DNA of 64,000 nucleotides, taken from IMG/VR virus record IMGVR_UViG_3300023179_000090; one strand, given 5' to 3'. Positions 1 to 7,754 of the stretch are shown in pieces. The notes under the pieces are model-generated. The model searched no databases and had not been told where the DNA came from. It saw only the letters and a program-made list of their open reading frames with translations. This DNA is from an uncultured virus (IMG/VR IMGVR_UViG_3300023179_000090) (Duplodnaviria; Heunggongvirae; Uroviricota; Caudoviricetes; Demerecviridae). Position 1 is the stretch's first letter; every line of letters begins with the position of its first letter. The translations under genes were made by a program, and so were the position numbers.

Positions 1-203
1 GCGACTATATAGAAGCAGCAAGATATGCTTGTGAATTTCAAAAAGTTTGGAAGTAATTTTTATGGCTCTGTGCAAAATGTTTGACTAACAGCCCGACTAC
101 TAGGGTAAGACAGAATCCGTGATGTAGCCTAGTCAACTGCAACCAAGCACGGAGAGACATTAGTCTCTTAAACAGGTAGTAGTAGCCATAAAAATTATTT
201 TAT

Positions 204-280
204 CTCGGAGTAGTTCCAATTGGCAGAACGCTGGTCTCCAAAACCAGATGTTGGCGGTTCAAATCCGTCCTCCGAGGCCA
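204..280 (+). tRNA. tRNA-Trp (CCA)
   Basis: Acceptor stem CTCGGAG/CTCCGAG, anticodon arm CTGGT-CTCCAAA-ACCAG, T-loop GTTCAAATC, encoded 3' CCA. Confidence 0.95.
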
Positions 281-285
281 GATTA

Positions 286-361
286 GCACCCATCGTCTAG
301 AGGTCTAGGACACTGCCCTTTCACGGCGGCGACACCGGTTCGAATCCGGTTGGGTGTGCCA
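286..361 (+). tRNA. tRNA-Glu (TTC)
   Basis: GCACCCA/TGGGTGT acceptor stem, anticodon loop CTTTCAC, GTTCGAATC T-loop, encoded CCA. Confidence 0.95.
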
Positions 362-367
362 AAACAA

Positions 368-442
368 GCTGAATTAGCTCAGTGGTAGAGCAACCGCCTT
401 GTAAGCGGTAGGTCATCAGTTCAAATCCGATATTCAGCACCA
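368..442 (+). tRNA. tRNA-Thr (TGT)
   Basis: GCTGAAT/ATTCAGC acceptor stem, ACCGC-CTTGTAA-GCGGT anticodon arm, GTTCAAATC T-loop with one T-stem mismatch, encoded CCA. Confidence 0.93.
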
Positions 443-456
443 ACTAAGGACAAATA

Positions 457-546
457 ATGGAACCAGAAGATTACGAAGATTATAGTGAAGATGACGGCCA
501 GCCTGATGAAAGTCAAGAATGGTATGATTTTGATCCAAACTGTTAA
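457..546 (+). CDS. 29-aa acidic peptide MEPEDYEDYSEDDGQPDESQEWYDFDPNC
   Basis: AAGGA RBS at 446-450; ORF fills the gap between tRNA-Thr and the next gene; too short for the ORF track. Confidence 0.6.
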   Translation: MEPEDYEDYSEDDGQPDESQEWYDFDPNC

Positions 547-554
547 TAGTAAAA

Positions 555-1541
555 ATGATAGTAGATTTGCAATGTAGCGACTTATTAAAGGTAATCTACA
601 GTAGATATGTGCTTAATCAAGGGTTAAAATATGGCTGGAAAGCTAATAATGCAAAAGCTTATGACCAAGGGCACTGGAATACTAAAATATTAAATTGTTC
701 AAAAAATGAACCATTTGATCATGGGCTGATGCCGTTTATAAATAAGCATCCAGAGGTCAAACAATTATGGCACACACTAAAACAGTATACTTCAGATGCA
801 ATACTACTTAGATGTTATATAAATGGCTATACATTTGGCACAGATGGATATGCACACAAAGATGATCCTTGGATACCACAAAAGTTTGGTGAAGATGCAC
901 TAAGCGAAACCATTATAGTATACTTAAACGATACATGGAATATAGATTGGGCAGGTGAAACAGTTATATTTAGCAGTAACAATGAAATAGAACAAAGTAT
1001 ATTACCTAAATTTGGCAGAGTGTTTATATTTAACAGTAATAAACTTCATGCGGCTAGACCATTGAGTAGATTGTGCCCAGTTTTACGCACTGTGCTTGTT
1101 TATAAAACCGCTACTAAAAATATTAGTAGTATTAAAATCAAATGGTTAGTTAAACACACAGTAAATATACCTCATACAAACAGAACTCTATTTGAACACC
1201 TATACAATACCATGCTTAGGCTTGAAAATAGCGGTGCTAATGAGTGTGTAAGAAGTGCTGGACTATTTCACAGTGTTTATGACACAGAATATTTTAAAGC
1301 TAATCTCTCTCTATCAAGAGAGACTATTCAACAATTAATTGGTACTTATTCTGAAACACTTGTATATGAATTTTGTACACTAACTAATAGACTTCAATCA
1401 CTATTAACTAATAGCAATAATTATAGTGATAGTATTGTTAGAGATTTACTACTAATAGAGCGCGCCAATTTAGAAGATCAAAATAGTACTGGTAAATACA
1501 ATAAACAGCTTAATGATATTAATACTAAACTAGGAAGTTAA
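555..1541 (+). CDS. 2OG-Fe(II) oxygenase fused to a C-terminal HD-like (DUF6817-type) domain
   Basis: HKD...H...R triad pattern (AHKDD, WAGETV, KLHAARP, LRTVLV); C-terminal H-TNRTLFEHL...AGLFHSVY motif. Confidence 0.75.
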   Translation: MIVDLQCSDLLKVIYSRYVLNQGLKYGWKANNAKAYDQGHWNTKILNCSKNEPFDHGLMPFINKHPEVKQLWHTLKQYTSDAILLRCYINGYTFGTDGYAHKDDPWIPQKFGEDALSETIIVYLNDTWNIDWAGETVIFSSNNEIEQSILPKFGRVFIFNSNKLHAARPLSRLCPVLRTVLVYKTATKNISSIKIKWLVKHTVNIPHTNRTLFEHLYNTMLRLENSGANECVRSAGLFHSVYDTEYFKANLSLSRETIQQLIGTYSETLVYEFCTLTNRLQSLLTNSNNYSDSIVRDLLLIERANLEDQNSTGKYNKQLNDINTKLGS

Positions 1542-1542
1542 T

Positions 1543-2106
1543 ATGAGCAACACCTGGCTAATTAGCGACACACACTTTGGTCACGAAAATATACTTAAGT
1601 TTACTAGAGATGATGGCACTAAGCTACGTGACTTTACAAGTGTTGAGGCCATGGACGAGTGCATGATTAACAACTGGAATAGTGTGGTTGACGCAAAGGA
1701 CCGCGTTTACCACCTTGGTGATGTGGTTATCAATCGCAAGGCACTCAGCACACTTGGCCGCCTCAATGGCCGTAAGATGCTTATCAAAGGCAACCACGAT
1801 ATTTTTAAGGCCAACGAATATCTAGAGTACTTTGATGATATTAAGGCCTATCATGTTCTAGATGGAATGTTTCTCAGCCATGTGCCAGTACATCCAGATA
1901 GTCTAGGTAAATTTGGTTGTAACATACATGGCCACTTACACTATCGTGAAGTACTTAACCACAATGGTGTAGCAGATATGCGCTACTGGAATGTGAGTGT
2001 AGAACGCATTGGCTACACACCTATCAGTCTAGAAGGGCTAAAGCACATGATTGTAGGCCTTGGTGGCAGTGTTACAATGCGTCCAAATCCCCATGAAGTT
2101 ACTTAA
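1543..2106 (+). CDS. Calcineurin-like metallophosphoesterase
   Basis: DTHFGH, HLGDV, KGNHD, SH and HGHLH motifs. Confidence 0.9.
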   Translation: MSNTWLISDTHFGHENILKFTRDDGTKLRDFTSVEAMDECMINNWNSVVDAKDRVYHLGDVVINRKALSTLGRLNGRKMLIKGNHDIFKANEYLEYFDDIKAYHVLDGMFLSHVPVHPDSLGKFGCNIHGHLHYREVLNHNGVADMRYWNVSVERIGYTPISLEGLKHMIVGLGGSVTMRPNPHEVT

Positions 2107-2112
2107 CTACAC

Positions 2113-2141
2113 TTGACAAGCCTTGCCAAACAGTGTAAAAT
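2113..2141 (+). promoter_or_regulatory. sigma70-type promoter
   Basis: TTGACA-17 bp-TAAAAT upstream of the RBS and ORF 2175. Confidence 0.75.
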
Positions 2142-2174
2142 ATTATTTTAATTGACAGAAATCAAGGACACACT

Positions 2175-2393
2175 ATGGAACAGAAATCTGCACTAGAAGT
2201 ATTGCAAGCCTATGAAAAGCTGTTAAAAACTGTGGAAGCAGCTCGTAGTTGTGGTGTTAGTGAACAAAAGATGACCAGAAAGCTGGTAGCTATGCTTATC
2301 TGGAACATGGATGACCTTCCTAGTGACAAGTTTGACAAGCTGCACGACTTTAATGTTAAGTACTTGGGCAGATTAGATTTTGAGGTTGAGTAA
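2175..2393 (+). CDS. hypothetical protein
   Basis: AAGGA RBS; follows a promoter; coupled to the next ORF by TAATG. Confidence 0.7.
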   Translation: MEQKSALEVLQAYEKLLKTVEAARSCGVSEQKMTRKLVAMLIWNMDDLPSDKFDKLHDFNVKYLGRLDFEVE

Positions 2394-2656
2394 TGAATAG
2401 CCAAGAAATTAGTAATGCGGTGTATAACTACGCAAAGAGTCGTAGTGACTTTACAGCACCTTATGGTGTTTTACAAGGTGAGCATGTCAACAAGAAAGGC
2501 ACTAAGTACAAGAGTGTGACTTTTGGTCGTGCTAGATCACTCGATGCTACAGTAGAAATCTATAATCGCAATTTCATAATTCTCCGATGTAGTCGTGCTG
2601 CTGACCAAGTATACAAGAATTATGACGATTTAATGGTCGCATTGCAGAAATTGTAA
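2393..2656 (+). CDS. hypothetical protein
   Basis: TAATG overlap with the upstream gene; co-oriented. Confidence 0.7.
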   Translation: MNSQEISNAVYNYAKSRSDFTAPYGVLQGEHVNKKGTKYKSVTFGRARSLDATVEIYNRNFIILRCSRAADQVYKNYDDLMVALQKL

Positions 2657-2658
2657 TA

Positions 2659-2880
2659 ATGAGTACAGAATTTTGGATTGGCATAATTTTTTGGTGTATT
2701 GGTACGGACTGTGGTATGATTACTACAAGAAATACTTTTGCTTCTAAAGCAGAATGTCGAGTAGAAGTAGATAAAATGGAGCGCCGTCTCAAGGAAGAAC
2801 CCACCAAAAAAGACATCATAGATGGGAGATGCAGTGACCATAGTATTACATTTGATAAAAAATATGATTTCAATACATGA
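2659..2880 (+). CDS. hypothetical protein with hydrophobic N-terminus and four Cys
   Basis: Tightly packed in the operon; FWIGIIFWC N-terminus. Confidence 0.6.
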   Translation: MSTEFWIGIIFWCIGTDCGMITTRNTFASKAECRVEVDKMERRLKEEPTKKDIIDGRCSDHSITFDKKYDFNT

Positions 2881-3064
2881 ACAAGCAGCTTAAGCTAAAG
2901 TGTCGCCATTTTGGATTTTGAAACAATTTAGGCTGTTGAAGGCTCGGCACACTGCCCCTGCTAGCCGTGCGGTGTGATGCCTAAAACGCCAAGCCTGAAC
3001 GGTGTGTGCTTGGTGAAAGTGAGGAATAGTCAATGGTCTATAATTTTTATTTAGTGGAGATAGT

Positions 3065-3223
3065 ATGTTGTATCCAGACATTGAAGTTACTGATGAAGAA
3101 GAATTGTTTTTTGAAAGACTAGCACAACAACAGCTAGAACAATTATACTTTGAAGAGATGTTTAGTAACTATATGCCTCAAGGCGGTACTAAACAGGTAA
3201 TCGGCGGAGTAGTACACTACTAA
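3065..3223 (+). CDS. 52-aa acidic hypothetical protein
   Basis: GGAG RBS; MLYPDIEVTDEEELFF...VVHY; ends 2 nt before the next start. Confidence 0.55.
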   Translation: MLYPDIEVTDEEELFFERLAQQQLEQLYFEEMFSNYMPQGGTKQVIGGVVHY

Positions 3224-3225
3224 TT

Positions 3226-3639
3226 ATGATAGCCGAAACTGTACTATGCTTAATCCTAGGCGACTCAATTGCTATTGGACTGCATCGATTCTTACCAGAG
3301 TGTGAAGTTCGTGCTAAAACAGGAATTACTACTAGTGCTTTTGCTAAACTTTCAAACTATGAAGAGATCAATGCGCCTATAGTAATTATTAGCTTAGGTA
3401 CTAACGATCTTTATAGTACTCGATTACTAGATCAACTTGACTTAGTGCGTAAAAATATTCGTAGCAATCGTGTTTATTGGGTGTTACCCAACACCACAAC
3501 AAAACGTCAAGAATCACTAGCAGTTACTACAACAGCTATTCGTTGGGGTGATCGCGTTATATGGACTGATAGGTACACAACAGATCACGTACACCCTAGT
3601 CTGGTTGGTTATAAGCAACTTGTAGAACAGATCAAATAA
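3226..3639 (+). CDS. SGNH/GDSL hydrolase-like protein
   Basis: LGDSIA, SLGTND and DHVHP motifs. Confidence 0.8.
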   Translation: MIAETVLCLILGDSIAIGLHRFLPECEVRAKTGITTSAFAKLSNYEEINAPIVIISLGTNDLYSTRLLDQLDLVRKNIRSNRVYWVLPNTTTKRQESLAVTTTAIRWGDRVIWTDRYTTDHVHPSLVGYKQLVEQIK

Positions 3640-3646
3640 TTTTTAC

Positions 3647-3675
3647 TTGAACTAGAGACCACAATACTGTATAAT
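3647..3675 (+). promoter_or_regulatory. sigma70-type promoter
   Basis: TTGAAC-17 bp-TATAAT with AT-rich upstream sequence. Confidence 0.7.
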
Positions 3676-3679
3676 TATA

Positions 3680-3757
3680 TTATTGTGTTAGAGAACAATC
3701 GCCAGAAAGCACAACCAACTAAATATCACTATTGCGGTGCTTCCTCTAACACAATAA
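3680..3757 (+). ncRNA. candidate small structured RNA
   Basis: Perfect 14-bp closing stem TTATTGTGTTAGAG/CTCTAACACAATAA starting right at the promoter; no ORF. Confidence 0.45.
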
Positions 3758-3768
3758 AAATTATTTAC

Positions 3769-3797
3769 TTGAAGCCACAACTCAAACCCTGTATAAT
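3769..3797 (+). promoter_or_regulatory. sigma70-type promoter
   Basis: TTGAAG-17 bp-TATAAT. Confidence 0.7.
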
Positions 3798-3837
3798 ATT
3801 TATATTGAGTCAGAGAACAACACAAAGCAACTCTGAC

Positions 3838-3985
3838 CTATTTGTTTAGTGTTATCAAGGTACTGTGTATAGACGTATACACTATTCGGGTTCAATCAGC
3901 CGGAGACGAATCCTAAGATAACTGCATCGGCTTTGCAAGGGAAGCACCCTATTGCTAAATTTGCACGATAGCACTAAACAAATAG
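3838..3985 (+). ncRNA. candidate structured RNA of about 150 nt
   Basis: 19-bp closing stem (3838-3856/3967-3985, one G-U pair) enclosing further hairpins such as GTGTATA..TATACAC; no ORF. Confidence 0.55.
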
Positions 3986-4002
3986 TTAAAAGGAGATAAA
4001 CA

Positions 4003-4179
4003 GTGATTACTTATGGTGAATTGCTTAAGAGGTTGCAAGGTTTTTCTAAAGAACAGCTCAACTGCACAGTAGTAGTCTTAGACCGTGCTTATGATGAGTA
4101 TAACGACATGAGCACTATCTACTTTAGCGGTAGCGAGAATGATGTGTTCGATGAAGACCACCCCATTCTTGTGATCTAA
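4003..4179 (+). CDS. 58-aa hypothetical protein
   Basis: AAGGAG RBS, GTG start, MITYGELLKRLQ...HPILVI. Confidence 0.6.
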   Translation: MITYGELLKRLQGFSKEQLNCTVVVLDRAYDEYNDMSTIYFSGSENDVFDEDHPILVI

Positions 4180-4189
4180 AAATTCTTAC

Positions 4190-4219
4190 TTGATTTATCA
4201 AACCCCCTAGTGCTATAAT
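4190..4219 (+). promoter_or_regulatory. sigma70-type promoter upstream of the large ncRNA candidate
   Basis: TTGATT-18 bp-TATAAT with extended -10 (TGCTATAAT). Confidence 0.65.
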
Positions 4220-4321
4220 ATTATATAAATTGATCTTTTGGGTAAACCAGGACTGCGACCCACCGAGCAGATAAGTTTTTAATTGTTGCTGAACCATTAT
4301 CCTTAGCAACAGCCCAGCCCT

Positions 4322-5140
4322 AACACTGTGTTTTATTAAAATTTAGAGACTGTATGCATCAGGTTGTGTTGTAACTAGTGCAAGGTTTCAAGGTACCAGT
4401 AGGTTCAGGCCAGAACGCGAAAGTACTATAACCAAACACACTACAACCATTTACTCTAAGTTTTAATAAAGCACACTGTAGCTCTGTGGACATGATGGTA
4501 GCAATACCTGAAACGCTGTGGACCTCAGTAGGCTTAGCTAAACCCTGCAACTTGTAGCGGTTTAGGGTCGGACGCACAATGACCTAAAATGAAACGTGCC
4601 TCAGCTAAGTACCCTGAGTTACAAATGGTACAGGTAGCAACTACCAAGTGTTGCGGCTTGCTTACCCGAGAGTTAGGCATCACGGTAGCTCTAAACGCGC
4701 TCAGAGCGAAGGTGTGCTAGGACATAAGCCCCTAGCCCGTGATTAAAATAGTGGTTGTTGACTAGGCTCAAAGATGGTGTGCCATCAACCTAAGTTTCAT
4801 CTAAAGCCACCAAGCCCTAAAGTAACTACAGGCAGAGATGTAGTAGCTACTCTAGGGGCAAACTGCGCCAACAGACTAAAACTGGCAAGGCTATTACACC
4901 AGTGCCGTGTAAGTCGCTATCTACTAATTGCAAGACACCACCTATGAGTGGTGATGTAGGTGCAAGCCCTACTAGCGCCAACTAGCCCATCTCTACTGAT
5001 ACTAGAGACCTAAAGCAGTTGAGAACCCTAATGTTCGTACTAGCACTCCTAGACCCTGGCTAGCTATCCAGCGAAGTCGACGAGCAAAGCTAGACTAGCA
5101 GTAGCAAGCTACTACATAAGTCTACAAAAAACGTACGTTC
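4322..5140 (+). ncRNA. large structured non-coding RNA candidate (GOLLD/ROOL size class)
   Basis: About 800 nt with no credible ORF, bounded by a promoter and a terminator, with dense hairpins including a 21-bp stem at 4328-4348/4454-4474. Confidence 0.6.
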
Positions 5141-5181
5141 TAAAGCCCGCATGTGCCTAGCACGGCGGGCTTTAGTTTTTC
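5141..5181 (+). terminator. Rho-independent terminator
   Basis: TAAAGCCCGC...GCGGGCTTTA stem followed by GTTTTT. Confidence 0.8.
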
Positions 5182-5243
5182 TAAAAACCCCTAGAAAAAA
5201 CAGACTATGCCTTCCAAAAAACTTTTTCCTTGTTTTTTAACAC

Positions 5244-5438
5244 ATGCATGACCCTAAACTGGAACAACTTACAGAAGATGTATGGGAAACAGTGCAGAAG
5301 CTAGATTTCCATCATACCAGATTTGAAATAGCAGCAGCACTAGTACAAATAGGTTTAATCATTTACAAGCAAAACCTTACTAAACAAGAATTTGAAGACC
5401 TCACTAACTATATCGTAAAAACCACACACCTCCTATAG
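5244..5438 (+). CDS. hypothetical protein
   Basis: 64-aa ORF with helical, protein-like composition; weak RBS. Confidence 0.5.
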   Translation: MHDPKLEQLTEDVWETVQKLDFHHTRFEIAAALVQIGLIIYKQNLTKQEFEDLTNYIVKTTHLL

Positions 5439-5454
5439 CAAAGAAAATTTTAGC

Positions 5455-5484
5455 TTGAAAAAGTATCTGAGTGTATGTTATAAT
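5455..5484 (+). promoter_or_regulatory. sigma70-type promoter
   Basis: TTGAAA-18 bp-TATAAT with extended -10 (TGTTATAAT). Confidence 0.65.
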
Positions 5485-5511
5485 CTAGTATAAATTATAA
5501 AATTTAAAAAC

Positions 5512-5645
5512 TAGGGTTGTAGTAAGCGCTAAGGCAGCGGCAAGTACAAAAAACATTGGGAGGATCCACACGGTGGCGGGGCCCAAGATGTTTTTAGGTA
5601 CGTAGCATAGACGCGGCTAGTTAGTGCAATTACTACCAACCCCTA
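5512..5645 (+). ncRNA. rod-like hairpin RNA candidate with a central bubble
   Basis: Nested arms GGGTTG/CAACCC, TAGTAA/TTACTA, GCGCTAA/TTAGTGC, an internal loop, then GTAC/GTAC, AAAAACAT/ATGTTTTT and TGGG/CCCA. Confidence 0.5.
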
Positions 5646-5740
5646 AAGTTAAAAGAGTAAAAATCCGCTAAAAATTAAGTAATTATATTAAATTTTTTTA
5701 CCCCCCCTATTTTTCCACAATTTTCCTAAATAGCTTAAAA

Positions 5741-6487
5741 ATGATCATACAAAAGCAACAATTAAATTCCCTGGACATAGCAGATTGGTCAGAACTAAGT
5801 GACGAAGATTTTAGTAGCTGTGTTGAAAGTGCAAATCTTAGTAATTATAGTAGTTGGTTGTTACCACAGCTAGTTGCCCACTTTGGTAACTGGCAAAAGG
5901 CAGCAACAGGCCTAGAAACTGTAGTTAACAATTGCCAAACCAAGCACCAGCGTAGTCTTTATAGGCTTGCTAGAGTTCGCAGAAGCTTACTAATAAAAAA
6001 CCAAACTAAACAGCCTGAATATGGGCAACTAACTCCACTTATACTACTAGGATTTCGTCGCAATCAAAATTTTAGCTATGAAAGTTGGAGAGGCTACACC
6101 GGCCTAGAATGGTTGGTAGAACCAGACCTGTTACAAACAATGCACAGCCAACAGCCACAGTTAACTGTGGCTAGAATACTAGAAATACGCGAGCAAGGCT
6201 TGACATATCGCAGCGGAACTTATGTTGGCACACAACGTAATCCTCTTAGCACCTGGCAGTTATATGGCATACAAGACACGGAATTTGGTGACTTGCCAAA
6301 ACTACAACAAGCTCAGTTAGCACAAATATGGCTAGCACATCCCAAACACAGACGAGAAACTATGGTACTTACAAGTAGTAACTGGGATGAAATGCCACCA
6401 CCAATTATTAGTGATGAACTATTTGAACCAGCAAATATAACAATTGCAAATGTCAGTCAAAACCAACAACTACCTTGGAATCAGTAG
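5741..6487 (+). CDS. hypothetical protein (248 aa)
   Basis: Long ORF; no motif recognised. Confidence 0.75.
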   Translation: MIIQKQQLNSLDIADWSELSDEDFSSCVESANLSNYSSWLLPQLVAHFGNWQKAATGLETVVNNCQTKHQRSLYRLARVRRSLLIKNQTKQPEYGQLTPLILLGFRRNQNFSYESWRGYTGLEWLVEPDLLQTMHSQQPQLTVARILEIREQGLTYRSGTYVGTQRNPLSTWQLYGIQDTEFGDLPKLQQAQLAQIWLAHPKHRRETMVLTSSNWDEMPPPIISDELFEPANITIANVSQNQQLPWNQ

Positions 6488-6520
6488 GTGCCGATGCTGG
6501 TATTTGGATATCTGGGTATT

Positions 6521-6555
6521 ACGGTTAACGGTTAACGATTAACGATTAACGGTTT
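6521..6555. repeat. five tandem copies of the heptamer ACG(G/A)TTA
   Basis: acggtta acggtta acgatta acgatta acggttt, running into a GGTTTAGGGTCAGA motif. Confidence 0.9.
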
Positions 6556-6576
6556 AGGGTCAGAATGGAAAAACAT

Positions 6577-6906
6577 ATGAAATATACTAAAGAAATTACA
6601 GACAAAATTGTTGAAGAATATAAAGCAGGAAGATTGGTTGAGGACATTGCTCAAAGTCTAGATGTCCCTGACCGTAGTATTATAGCTAAATTATCGAGTT
6701 TAGGTGTCTACCAAAAAAAGGTCTACGTCAACAAACGTGGCGAGGTGCCAATCAAAAAGTGGGAGATGATTGAGAGCCTAGCACAAATTTTACAAGTTCC
6801 CAGCGATCAACTAGAATCACTAGAAAAAGTAAACAAAAATGTACTTGTTCTTATAAAAAACCGTTTACTTGACCCTAAACCGCAAAAATTGGACATAATT
6901 AGCTAA
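6577..6906 (+). CDS. T5 A2-like DNA-binding protein, paralog 1
   Basis: Shares IA..L....RSI.AKLS...VY..K.YVNK.GE.P.KK and ESL.K.NK motifs with 8115-8441 and 12618-12941. Start may be 6565. Confidence 0.65.
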   Translation: MKYTKEITDKIVEEYKAGRLVEDIAQSLDVPDRSIIAKLSSLGVYQKKVYVNKRGEVPIKKWEMIESLAQILQVPSDQLESLEKVNKNVLVLIKNRLLDPKPQKLDIIS

Positions 6907-6910
6907 AACT

Positions 6911-6934
6911 AACCCGCCCCTTGGCGGGTTTTTT
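6911..6934 (+). terminator. Rho-independent terminator ending the plus-strand early block
   Basis: AACCCGCC-CCTT-GGCGGGTT followed by TTTT. Confidence 0.85.
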
Positions 6935-7338
6935 ATTGTGTAGACTTGTGAGTTCGGTGCGGTTTAGGGTCAGAAAAATTTACTTGACTGGTTAAGGATT
7001 TGCACTGTATAATGTTGGCGCAAAACCACTAAAATTCTGACCCTAAATTGTGGTTGTTTGTGGGTGCCGAAATGGCCGGTTGAAATTTATGGACTTGATC
7101 AGCTTCTGCAGTTTAGGGTCAGAAATATTTACTTGACAATTGTCAAAGTTTTGCACTATAATGTTGGCGCAGGCGTTCAAAGTTTTCCACTTGTCAAGGA
7201 TTTGCACTGGCGCAGCACACCCTTAGGTGTGCTGAGTTCTAGAACCTAAACCGTTGTGGTTTTTATATCGCTACAAATTCTAGAATTTGGCACGGAATTG
7301 TGATAAATTCTAGAATTTGGTACGGCTTAGGGTCAGAC

Positions 7339-7418
7339 GACAAACGGCGGATTTGACCCGACCAACGGCGGCCGAAACCCTTGACACGTCGCCAAATTTT
7401 ATGGTAAAATTTGGCGCC
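7339..7418 (+). promoter_or_regulatory. cassette 1: paired LytTR-type boxes, sigma70 promoter, TTGGCGCC
   Basis: GACAAACGG (7339) and GACCAACGG (7360); TTGACA at 7381, 18-bp spacer, TAAAAT. Confidence 0.7.
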
Positions 7419-7541
7419 ACATGGTTCTAAATTATATAATTTATAATTGGGCTATGTACATAGCGAGCGCTATAGTTCGTATATAATGAGAATTACTGCG
7501 CTTATGATTTTTATAACAAAATTTGTCGACAAATTTCAGCC

Positions 7542-7620
7542 GACCAGCGGCAGGTTTTAGCCGATAAACGGCGGTGAAAACCCTTGACACGCTGCAATTT
7601 TATATGATAAAATTGGCGCC
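7542..7620 (+). promoter_or_regulatory. cassette 2
   Basis: GACCAGCGG (7542) and GATAAACGG (7563); TTGACA at 7584; TGATAAAAT; TTGGCGCC. Confidence 0.7.
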
Positions 7621-7713
7621 CCCGCTATAAAAATTATAGCGGTCTAAATTCTATAATTTAGACCGCTATAATTTTTATATCATTCTAAATTATAGAATTT
7701 AGAATGATATACG

Positions 7714-7742
7714 AAAAATAACGGCCCTGATCGGGCCGTTAT
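7714..7742 (-). terminator. terminator for the minus-strand operon
   Basis: ATAACGGCCC/GGGCCGTTAT stem followed by a T-run on the minus strand. Confidence 0.7.
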
Positions 7743-7754
7743 GGTTTCTAGAAC

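Larger units (their letters stand above)
6961..7710. repeat. non-coding repeat and palindrome array (candidate injection-stop-signal-like region)
   Basis: About 60-bp direct repeat at 6962-7022/7111-7170; recurrent GTTTAGGGTCAGA; AAATTCTAGAATTT twice; perfect palindrome with 25-bp arms at 7626-7679. Confidence 0.7.

Noticed and set aside
4240..4256. c-di-GMP-I riboswitch start (GGGTAAACC)
   Set aside because: The GAAA tetraloop, GCAAAG and second stem elements are missing.
4124..4577. Minus-strand ORFs 4124-4309 and 4359-4577
   Set aside because: Antisense to local promoters, TTG/GTG starts without RBS, and they overlap predicted RNA stems.
4950..4980. tRNA-like T-arm GTAGGTGCAAGCCCTAC...GCCA
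   Set aside because: No TTC in the loop and no matching acceptor or D-arm; treated as part of the large RNA.
6551..7337. Telomere-like TTTAGGG repeats
   Set aside because: Copies are isolated parts of a longer motif and are never tandem.
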